64,000 bases of DNA, taken from the IMG/VR virus record IMGVR_UViG_3300023179_000070, positions 18,053 through 82,052 of that record; one strand, given 5' to 3'. Shown piece by piece: positions 31,281-39,577 of this stretch. The translations under genes and the position numbers were made by a program. How positions within the stretch are numbered: position 1 is the first letter of the stretch; every line of letters begins with the position of its first letter. The stretch is from a virus. Taxonomy: Duplodnaviria > Caudoviricetes. The notes beneath the pieces were generated by a model, which saw nothing but the letters and a program-made list of their open reading frames with translations, searched no databases and had not been told where the DNA came from.

Positions 31281-32056
31281 TTTACAAAAGGATATTTATT
31301 AAAAAAGTAAATCGGTCTGGATACATCATTGGCTTGATCAAGTTGCGTTGGAAATTTTTCTTCATTTAATTGCGGTAAGTTATCAAATTCATTTTTTCGA
31401 ACAAATGTTAATTCAAAGTTTTCTGGCATTGTCAAATTATTAAATTTACATGTTGAGCTACAGTTATTGTGATGAAAATGAATCGCGTAGTGAGTTTTGT
31501 TAATTTTTTCTATCATACGCCATTTTATTTTTTCATAAGGTTCATGAAGTTCTATCGCTATTTGTTTAAATTTCAATAATTGATTTTCATTAATTGTATT
31601 AATCCAAAGATACTCATCTCCTTCTATATCCATTTTTAAAAAAATATTATTAAAATCATTTATATAATTATGTAGATTATCTTCATTTTCAGAATTAATG
31701 TCAGATATTTGTTTTTTAATAAATTTTATTTTAGGATTATTGGTTGGTAATTCTTGGATGGAGTGATCAAAAGCCGTGCAGTTTAAGTTATATTTCTGAA
31801 TAAAAGCTTCTTCAAAAGAAATATCATCTTTTACTCCACAACTTATAAAACTATCATAATTATTTAAGTCGGCAATAATATAGCCTCCATCATTATCTTT
31901 ACCAAGTCTAATTTTTGAAAATGGTGATTTATGTATTTCTAAACATTTTAATGGAAAATCTTCTCTTATATGCTTAAATTTATCAAGTCTAACTATATCT
32001 GCAATATCTATTCCCAATTGATTTGCAAATATTATATATTGGTTTGGGATTGTCAT
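31277..32056 (-). CDS. FkbM/Methyltransf_22-like methyltransferase
   Basis: RLGKDNDGGY, LKMDIEGDE, QIAIELH. Confidence 0.8.
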   Translation of the reverse strand: MTIPNQYIIFANQLGIDIADIVRLDKFKHIREDFPLKCLEIHKSPFSKIRLGKDNDGGYIIADLNNYDSFISCGVKDDISFEEAFIQKYNLNCTAFDHSIQELPTNNPKIKFIKKQISDINSENEDNLHNYINDFNNIFLKMDIEGDEYLWINTINENQLLKFKQIAIELHEPYEKIKWRMIEKINKTHYAIHFHHNNCSSTCKFNNLTMPENFELTFVRKNEFDNLPQLNEEKFPTQLDQANDVSRPIYFFNKYPFVK

Positions 32057-33021
32057 ATTAAATTATCTATGAAATTTTTTAATTTTTCAAATTCTTTTTG
32101 ATTGTCTATTATCTCCCTAACTATTTTAGCTGATTGTTCTTGCATATAATATCTTAATTCCTTACTTTCCATATAATATAAAATTTTCATTTTAAGGTCA
32201 AGTTCTGTGTCGAAAAATAATGCTGTTTTATTTTCTAAGCACCATTGTTTTAAGCTTTTATTTTCTGAGTAAGCTCTACTTAAAAAGACTGGTCTTCCAG
32301 TAGCAAGGCTTTCTATAACAGAATATCCATAACCTTCAAGATGTTTTATGTGTATTGTACCAATGCTATTTTTTAAATTTTCAAGCATTTCTGGTCTTGT
32401 ACATTTATCGCATGGTTGAAATTGCACTTCTTTTATGCTGTTCATAAAATTAAAGCAAAATTCATAATCATGTGGAAATCCTGTTTTATAATTATTTATA
32501 TATGATCCAAAAATATTACCATCACTAACTCCTTGATATTTAAAAAAATCATAATTTACTTCTGGTTTATAGTATAAATAATTTAATTGATACTTTAAAG
32601 ATAGGAGATATCCAGTAAAATCTGCACAAAGATAATTTTTAATAATAGAAAAATCATAAGCTCCATCCCAATAATCATTTCCACTGTAGGCTACTAATTT
32701 ACTTGTATTTTTTAAATGTGGATATAATTCATTAAAAATTTCTGGTTGGGATTCTACGCATGTTAAGAATATTATTTCTGGTTTAATGTCTAAAATTTCT
32801 TGTTTTGATAATGTTAAAATATTATCACCAATTTCTTTATTTGCTTTTTCTTGATTCCAATACGTGTTCCATGCCCATATATTTTTTTTATTTTGCCATC
32901 GAACATGATGAGTTGGCTTATATTGATCTGATGGGATAATTAATGTATGGCCCATTTTTTTAAATGCAGAAGCCATATTTTGAGTTAAATAAATATGTGT
33001 ATCTGGCCAAAGTATATTCAC
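32053..33021 (-). CDS. GT4-like glycosyltransferase
   Basis: EGYGYSVIESLATGRPV. Confidence 0.72.
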   Translation of the reverse strand: MNILWPDTHIYLTQNMASAFKKMGHTLIIPSDQYKPTHHVRWQNKKNIWAWNTYWNQEKANKEIGDNILTLSKQEILDIKPEIIFLTCVESQPEIFNELYPHLKNTSKLVAYSGNDYWDGAYDFSIIKNYLCADFTGYLLSLKYQLNYLYYKPEVNYDFFKYQGVSDGNIFGSYINNYKTGFPHDYEFCFNFMNSIKEVQFQPCDKCTRPEMLENLKNSIGTIHIKHLEGYGYSVIESLATGRPVFLSRAYSENKSLKQWCLENKTALFFDTELDLKMKILYYMESKELRYYMQEQSAKIVREIIDNQKEFEKLKNFIDNLI

Positions 33022-33065
33022 TAATTATTTTAGTGAAATTAATAGTTTTTATCTATATTTTTTAA

Positions 33066-34544
33066 TTAAGAGAGAGAATAGCCATTGGTATCACCATCGC
33101 CACCATCTCCACTACCACTGCCACCTCCACCACCACCGCCTCCACCACCGCCTCCACCACTAAATGTATTATCATCAGGGAAAACTATAACTGGAGGAGG
33201 AATTCCTGGAAAAAATGGACTTAAATCTGGAGCTACATTTATTGGTATGTCATGCCCACCTTGTCCTGCTCCATTCGCTGGAGCTGGAATAAGCTCTGGA
33301 GCAACTGGAACAACTGTGCTAACTGGAATTTCTGGATTTAAACTAACTGGAGTAGTTGAAGTTGCTGGAGGAATAATAGAAGCTTGTGCAGCAGCCCATG
33401 CAGCATATGCGCTTTTTTGATTATTTTCAAATTCTCTGGCTCTTGCAGCATATTGTTGCCATATTCCAATTTCTTGAGTCAATCTTGCAATATTTAAATC
33501 CATTACTACAATTTTACTATTCCAATATAATCCACCCTCGCCAAATGGCACAATTAATTGTATATTAAATACTCCACGACCAGAACCAGTTAATCCATAT
33601 TTAAACCATCCATTACCTTCACTTCGTATCACAGTTGTTCTGTTTGCGTACCATTCAGAAAGCCATCGAGCATATCTTGCGGCGTTTTGCGCTGCATAAG
33701 CTTGCTGTTCCATTAATGTTAAATTCTTATAATATCTTGCTTCCATATCTGCAAAAATTAGGGATTTACTTGATACTACTGAATTAAGTGTTGAATTTCC
33801 GAAATCACTTGCTAAATTTGAATCCCAATAACTTGTATTTACATCACTTGCGCTCTGAACTGTATTATCTAATGTAAATTCAAAATTAATTTTATCTTCT
33901 CCAAGAAGCAATAAAGTACTTAAACATTCTTTCTTTTCTTGACCATTCGCTGGCTTATAAGTCATTGTAGCAAAGTCTGCTTTATTTGAACATGTTATAA
34001 TTTTAGGCCTAATATAAAGTTTGCCTGTTATTGTTTTTTTCTCATTCAGCGCCATGCCTCTTCCCATTTTTTTATGTGCTGCAAAAATTTCAGATAATTC
34101 ATTCGCTGCATTTTGACTTCTATACATCGTTCTTTTTGAATAATCAAAATATTCTTTTATTTTCTTTTTTATTAACTCTTCTTGTGTTACTTCTAATTCT
34201 TTCAACATTCCCTCAATTTCTTCATCCAAAGAGTTATCCATATTTTTTGCGCATCCATCTTTATGCGTATTATAATATTCTTTAATTTTAGGATCTAAAT
34301 GAGTTAATTTAGTAATTTTTACATCCCCAACTGTTTTCCATTTCCATTGAATAGCATCATTAATATCTGAACTTATAAAAGCTTGACTAAATTGAAAATC
34401 TAAAGTCCATGTAGCAATTTGAAATTTATCATTTATATATAATGGAGTATATGTACAATCACAAGAATTTGCAGATTGAGTTGATATGGTAGATTTTTGA
34501 TAGGTTTCTAATGGACCTACTATATATTTTCTAGTGTCTGCCAT
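33066..34544 (-). CDS. hypothetical late protein with Pro-rich and poly-Gly C-terminus
   Basis: 492 aa; GTGTAT promoter at 34553-34558. Confidence 0.7.
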   Translation of the reverse strand: MADTRKYIVGPLETYQKSTISTQSANSCDCTYTPLYINDKFQIATWTLDFQFSQAFISSDINDAIQWKWKTVGDVKITKLTHLDPKIKEYYNTHKDGCAKNMDNSLDEEIEGMLKELEVTQEELIKKKIKEYFDYSKRTMYRSQNAANELSEIFAAHKKMGRGMALNEKKTITGKLYIRPKIITCSNKADFATMTYKPANGQEKKECLSTLLLLGEDKINFEFTLDNTVQSASDVNTSYWDSNLASDFGNSTLNSVVSSKSLIFADMEARYYKNLTLMEQQAYAAQNAARYARWLSEWYANRTTVIRSEGNGWFKYGLTGSGRGVFNIQLIVPFGEGGLYWNSKIVVMDLNIARLTQEIGIWQQYAARAREFENNQKSAYAAWAAAQASIIPPATSTTPVSLNPEIPVSTVVPVAPELIPAPANGAGQGGHDIPINVAPDLSPFFPGIPPPVIVFPDDNTFSGGGGGGGGGGGGGSGSGDGGDGDTNGYSLS

Positions 34545-34557
34545 ATAAGTATATACA

Positions 34558-35109
34558 CTATTTTTTAATTAAATTTATAAAATTAACCATTTGATCTTTT
34601 GTAAAATCATTTTTCATTACATTAATACAATAACATACAAATTCTACATTTCCTTTTATATATCCTATATTCGGATCGATTCTATCTAGGCTTGCTTTTG
34701 TAGGAGTTTTTTTAATATCTTCATCGCCACTTGTTCTACTTAGTTCCATTTGTATTTTTGTATATGGACAAATCCCATTTTGTTTATCCCAAATTTCTTT
34801 TAAATATTCTGTAGTTAAATCTGTTATGTATCCTTTTTGTTTACTTCGTGATCTAGCTTTATTTGCGTGATACTTAAATGGACTATATTGATCTAACCTA
34901 TTAGCTTCGTGTCCTTTTAGTAAAGATATATTACCTTTATTTTTTTCTAGTTTACTTGGATTGTTTTTATAATCTGCTTTTCCAGAGCATTTTAAGCTAC
35001 AATAAAATTTATTTTGACCAGCTTTTGCTTTTCTTTTATAATCGCTCTGTCTTATTTCGTGCTCTTTATTGCATTGAGCACAGATTATTTTTGTCTTTTT
35101 TATGTTCAT
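34558..35109 (-). CDS. HNH-like homing endonuclease
   Basis: CAQC..YCSLKC zinc motif; CPYT..SLDRIDPNIGYIKGNVEFVC..IN. Confidence 0.8.
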   Translation of the reverse strand: MNIKKTKIICAQCNKEHEIRQSDYKRKAKAGQNKFYCSLKCSGKADYKNNPSKLEKNKGNISLLKGHEANRLDQYSPFKYHANKARSRSKQKGYITDLTTEYLKEIWDKQNGICPYTKIQMELSRTSGDEDIKKTPTKASLDRIDPNIGYIKGNVEFVCYCINVMKNDFTKDQMVNFINLIKK

Positions 35110-35174
35110 ATAAAATTATATATAATATAAATATAATTGTCTAATAAAAATGCAGACACAGGGATTCGTTTACT

Positions 35175-35562
35175 TGGACCCGAGAGGAATTGAACCTCTG
35201 TCTTTTAAAAATCTAAATTAAAATACTACAAGTTTAGTTCTTTTTGTTTTTAGCTTTATATAGATAAAGAACAAACATACTTAGCGATTTTATTTTTAAT
35301 ACTTAATATTAATAGAATAAAAAAACTATTAATAATAAGACATCTAATTCCGCAACTATCCAATAGATGTGTCAAGGTAGTCACGCTGTAGAACTTAGGC
35401 TACAGAAGCGGTCATCTCAACAAGAGGAACTCTTGCAGAGATATGACCTTTATATTTTGCTGTTTTGGCAGTTAATATAATTGAAACTTTTTAAGGAGTC
35501 CTCGATTCAACCTCCACTTGCATTTCAATTTATTTTCTTAAAATCGAAACCAGTACGGGCCC
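35175..35562 (-). ncRNA. ssrA: tmRNA
   Basis: 5' GGGCCCGTACTGGTTTCGA pairs with 3' CGGGTCC-A, including the G3:U70 Ala determinant; T arm AGAGG-TTCAATT-CCTCT; pk1 GGAG/CTCC + TTGAA/TTCAA; tag ORF 35469-35395. Confidence 0.93.
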
Positions 35563-35634
35563 AATGTTAAAGAACTAACTAATATTACACATTATAAAGC
35601 TTTTAATAATTTTTGACAATCTTTTTTTAAATTA

Positions 35635-36573
35635 TTAATCGCCGCAATCTTCCTTATCGTCATAATCATGTTTTGATGTTTTTTGGGCGCAACCCATAAA
35701 ATTTTCATCATTTACAGTTCCCGAATCTTTTTGAGAATTATTTGAACCTTTTGTTTCTAATCCGTCTTGGGTAATTGCAACTACTTGATGTACATAATAG
35801 GATTCTGTTCCATCTCCATTATTATGAATAAATTCAATTGTATCGCCAATTCGTACATCTTCTAAATCACAAAGAAGATTTGTTATTATTTGTTCGCCAG
35901 ATTTTAGATCTGGGTGCATCGAAGAACCCTTTATTTTAGAAATCTTAAATCCTCTTTTTAGTTTAAGTTGCGATCTTCTTGGAAGAGTATTTTGTGGATG
36001 GTTTGTTTCTTTATATGGATCGCAATCATTTTTTGAATCTTTTGGTTTCATATCTTTTGCTGCCTCAGTTAATTCTTTTGTTTGATCTTTATCTGCTAAT
36101 TCATTACATGATGGACAATCTGCTCCACAATCATGCTCATTTTCGTAAGATTCTATTCTTGTGTCGTATTGTATTTTTATTTTATATTCAGCTAACATTG
36201 CGGCTGGTATATCATCTCCTGTTTCACAATTTACCCATGAATAATTTGTGAGACATTGATCAAAAGTTGCATCAATATCTTTAATGTCTGGTGGATTTTG
36301 ATTTTTTGTTATCAATGTTCCTCCGCATGTATTTATGCACGCTTTAGAATCTTGATTTGAATTTTTAGGAATAGAATTCTCTATTTTAACTCCAGATTTT
36401 TTATCTAAGATAATTTTCGGAGGTAAAACTCCTGAAGTGCCCTGATTTTTTTTAAGTGTCCAGGGCCCAGGAGGTCTAGATGGAATAGTTTTTAAACCAC
36501 CAATGCGCTCACCATATATAATTGCATCTGTAGTTATAGTAGTCCATTTAGTTTTTCTTTTACAACATCCCAT
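35635..36573 (-). CDS. Cys-rich protein with C-terminal S24/S26 (SipW-like) peptidase domain
   Basis: KGSSMHPDL..IGDTIEF..YVHQVV..TKGSNN..D. Confidence 0.7.
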   Translation of the reverse strand: MGCCKRKTKWTTITTDAIIYGERIGGLKTIPSRPPGPWTLKKNQGTSGVLPPKIILDKKSGVKIENSIPKNSNQDSKACINTCGGTLITKNQNPPDIKDIDATFDQCLTNYSWVNCETGDDIPAAMLAEYKIKIQYDTRIESYENEHDCGADCPSCNELADKDQTKELTEAAKDMKPKDSKNDCDPYKETNHPQNTLPRRSQLKLKRGFKISKIKGSSMHPDLKSGEQIITNLLCDLEDVRIGDTIEFIHNNGDGTESYYVHQVVAITQDGLETKGSNNSQKDSGTVNDENFMGCAQKTSKHDYDDKEDCGD

Positions 36574-36580
36574 AGAATTA

Positions 36581-38071
36581 TTAGTCCTTTCCTTTATTTA
36601 AAAAGTTTTGTAATTTTCTATATTTTTTATTTTTTATTATAAGTTCTGGTATATTATTTTTAATAATTTGACGAATTTTATTTGAAATAGTATATCTTGC
36701 ATTTTTTTTCGCTGCATCTAGTGATGCATTTATATTATTTCCATATCCTCTACCAATTGCGTTTATATTATAATTAATAATTTCTACATTAGTATTATTA
36801 ACTTTTCCTTGTGAATTAAAAGAAGTTTCATCATAATTTAAAATTAAATTCTCTCTAATATAATAATTTATTTTTTGATCTAAAGCATCATCTGTTCCAA
36901 ATCCAGAGTATACAATATGAAATTGATTGTGTGTTCCAATTTTTTTATTTAATTCTGTTGAAATTAATTCTATTGTAAAATTAGTGTAAGCTGGAATTAT
37001 TCCATTCCAAGTGCCTGTATTAAATGTTTTATTTCCAGTATATAAACCTGTATAAAATTTATAAAATAAAGTATCTTTAATTGGTATATTTTGTGTTAAA
37101 TGTTGATTTTTATCTAATGAAATAAAATTATATATTCCAGTTTTTGGAAAAATATCTCCACTATAATATTCGCTTCCTAAAGTTAATGCTGGAATTTTAA
37201 TTCCTGATGAAATTTTTGTATTTATGGTAGTGGTCTTTTTATTAATTGTATTTATATTGTATACTAATGTATTTTGATATCCAGTATGAATTCCATGGGG
37301 AGAAATATAGCATATATTATATTTTTCTCCATTCCCAGTTGATATTAAAATTATTCCATTCAAATTTTTAGAATTAGTTTGATTTGTATCTAAATAATTA
37401 TATATTGGCGCAATTTTTGTATCACAAATATATGCATTATATTGCCAATTTTGTAAAGAACTTGGATAACTTAAATAAAAACCACTATAACTAGGATTTC
37501 CAGGAATTGCTCCAGAAGTATTGGATTTTGTCCATGCTCTATAAAATGTACTATTTGTAAAATCTAATCCTGTAAAAAATCCTGAAATTAAACTTGGATT
37601 ATATTTTTGATTATATTCACCTGTTAGTATTTTTGAATTTGAAAAATCTTTTGTAAAAGTAGCTCTAATAAATGTTTCATTTTTATTTAAATTAGTTATT
37701 TTTGGTTTTGTTTTATAAAATTGTTGAAAATAATCATAATTATTTGAATAAAAAATATATTCATCTGGAAAAAAATAAGATAATTGTCCAATTAATGGAA
37801 TTTCTAATTTATAATTTGTATAATTTTTTTTAAATTCTATAGGTATATGATAAGTTTGATAACTTTCTGAATTTTTTTTTGATTCAATTTTATTTTTTAA
37901 AATAAGTTCTAATTCTGGATTTTTTAAAGTACCTACATTAATTATATCTAATTTGACATTTTGTAAAGATTTATGTGTTATTTTTTCGTCATCAATAAAT
38001 TGTGATTCAGAATTTACTTTAAAAGTACTCCCAAATCCTAATTTAATTAAATCTTGTTTTGAAATTGACAT
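36581..38071 (-). CDS. hypothetical protein, probably virion-associated (SG/TG-rich)
   Basis: 496 aa, many SG/TG dipeptides as in the tail proteins. Confidence 0.6.
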   Translation of the reverse strand: MSISKQDLIKLGFGSTFKVNSESQFIDDEKITHKSLQNVKLDIINVGTLKNPELELILKNKIESKKNSESYQTYHIPIEFKKNYTNYKLEIPLIGQLSYFFPDEYIFYSNNYDYFQQFYKTKPKITNLNKNETFIRATFTKDFSNSKILTGEYNQKYNPSLISGFFTGLDFTNSTFYRAWTKSNTSGAIPGNPSYSGFYLSYPSSLQNWQYNAYICDTKIAPIYNYLDTNQTNSKNLNGIILISTGNGEKYNICYISPHGIHTGYQNTLVYNINTINKKTTTINTKISSGIKIPALTLGSEYYSGDIFPKTGIYNFISLDKNQHLTQNIPIKDTLFYKFYTGLYTGNKTFNTGTWNGIIPAYTNFTIELISTELNKKIGTHNQFHIVYSGFGTDDALDQKINYYIRENLILNYDETSFNSQGKVNNTNVEIINYNINAIGRGYGNNINASLDAAKKNARYTISNKIRQIIKNNIPELIIKNKKYRKLQNFLNKGKD

Positions 38072-38143
38072 ACATTTATGTTTAACCTTAACCCACCCAC
38101 TTCGCCCGTTTTAACTACTAGCTTTTCTGGGGCAGGTCTAAAT

Positions 38144-38363
38144 CATTTTGTTATCGTTAAATTGTTTATATTTAACATCTTTATATCACTATAAAGTTCA
38201 GACTATATCTTCTTACTTTCGTAAGTTTGGGCGCTCGTGGGCAATGTTATTGTTGGAACTCAATCGCCTAGTCGTTACACCTTACAACCTATCTTTCCCA
38301 GTTGTCTTGGCTCGGTATAATCTATTTTAGATTTCCACCGAATTCACCCAAAATGGTCATTTA
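38144..38363 (-). ncRNA. group I (IA-type) ribozyme core not interrupting any gene
   Basis: P3 TTTGGGTG/CGCCCAAA; P4 TTCGGT/ACCGAG; P5 AATCTA/TAGATT; Q ATACCGAGCCAAG; R GTAACGACTA; P7 GACTA/TAGTC; P8 CTTAC-GAAA-GTAAG; S AAGATATAGTC; P9 CTTTATA-GTGA-TATAAAG; candidate omega-G at 38144. Confidence 0.9.
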
Positions 38364-38419
38364 TTTAATAAAGAACTATTTTTTATTACACTATTTTTTT
38401 ATTTGTGTAATATAAATAT

Positions 38420-38998
38420 ATGCCTAATTTATTACCATATAGAGATTACAATGAGCACGATGTAATTAATTTATATACTTGCGTGACAGTTGCAAATAAA
38501 GGTATATTAGTTAAACCAATAACTTCCCCAAAAGATGATAATGGGACAGATAACTCTAGCGCTGGTCCATTAAAACTAACTTCTGATGGAGTTGGTGAAA
38601 GATTTAAAAATACTATAAGTGATTTATTTGAAATTGTAGGAGAGGTTTCTCCAGTTGTCAATTATAATGACGTTCCAGGACCAATAGGTATTTTATTGTA
38701 TGATGTTAGGGATTTAGATGAAAATGGTGAAAAATTAATATATAATCCACGAAAAATGGCAGAAAAAAATATAGTTCTTCCAAAAGTTCAAGCGGCACCA
38801 ATTTTAACTAAAGGAATTATTTTAATAAATGATATAGATACTTTGAGTAAAACTGGCGGTGGAGGATTACCTTCTATTGGTGCAGCTGCTTATGTTGGTG
38901 ATGATGGTAGGATAGGAACTGATGGAATAATAGTATTAGGAAAATTTTTAAGTAAAATAGATCAAAATGGTTACTGTTTGGTTAAATTAAATATTTAA
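38420..38998 (+). CDS. putative capsid decoration/cement protein
   Basis: LLPYRDYNEHDVINL, GILLYDVRDLDENGEKL, PILTKG, LGKFLS..DQNG pattern; late promoter at 38405. Confidence 0.45.
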   Translation: MPNLLPYRDYNEHDVINLYTCVTVANKGILVKPITSPKDDNGTDNSSAGPLKLTSDGVGERFKNTISDLFEIVGEVSPVVNYNDVPGPIGILLYDVRDLDENGEKLIYNPRKMAEKNIVLPKVQAAPILTKGIILINDIDTLSKTGGGGLPSIGAAAYVGDDGRIGTDGIIVLGKFLSKIDQNGYCLVKLNI

Positions 38999-39193
38999 TA
39001 AATTTTGACAATCTTTTTTATAAACAAAATTAAATTTAACTCTTGATCCATTTATATCAGAAATTAGCTGGGGTATTGCGATACATGGATATTGCTCTGG
39101 TTCATCATAAATATTCTCATTAGAAATATTATAATGCTTAACACATTTATTTGCATAAGCTGACCATCTGGCTTTATTTTTTATAATTTCCAT
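38987..39193 (-). CDS. hypothetical protein
   Basis: ATG at 39193 (MEIIKNK) preferred over the track start 39220. Confidence 0.55.
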   Translation of the reverse strand: MEIIKNKARWSAYANKCVKHYNISNENIYDEPEQYPCIAIPQLISDINGSRVKFNFVYKKDCQNLLNI

Positions 39194-39213
39194 TAATATA
39201 TTATAAAAATAAT

Positions 39214-39242
39214 TTGACAAAACTTCAAACTTAATATATTAT
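39214..39242 (+). promoter_or_regulatory. sigma70-type promoter driving a non-coding region
   Basis: TTGACA-17 nt-TATTAT with no downstream plus-strand ORF of 60 aa or more. Confidence 0.7.
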
Positions 39243-39249
39243 AAGTTTA

Positions 39250-39575
39250 CATAGTTCCCAATTAGAGCAGTTTGTTGATGTCAAATAATCAACTATCAAT
39301 CCTTGAGATAGCAATGTCCTAAGGGCTGACAACTATTAAAACCTTCATTTGTACATAATATGGCTAAAGAAGGAAATGTAGCTATAGGCATCGCAGAATG
39401 TAGTGATCGAAGCTACCTCTGATCCGTAAGTGCGATGGCCCATTCATCACTGAGATCGTGGTGAAATTTGGAGTCAAAAGAAAAGTTGGATTGATAATAC
39501 CCAACTTCAGATATTTAAAATCTGGAGGTAAAGCCCTTTTGGATATCAAAGAAAAGTTAAATAATTAGGATATCG
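39250..39575 (+). ncRNA. unassigned structured RNA (~325 nt)
   Basis: about 10 helices, a GCAA tetraloop, a pseudoknot and G-U pairs favouring the plus strand; higher GC than the flanks; own promoter. Confidence 0.6.
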
Positions 39576-39577
39576 TA

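Noticed and set aside
33085-33420. Poly-Pro ORF on the plus strand
   Set aside because: Mirror of the poly-Gly codons of 33066..34544
38148-38330. 60-aa plus-strand ORF
   Set aside because: Antisense to the group I ribozyme core; TTG start and no protein features
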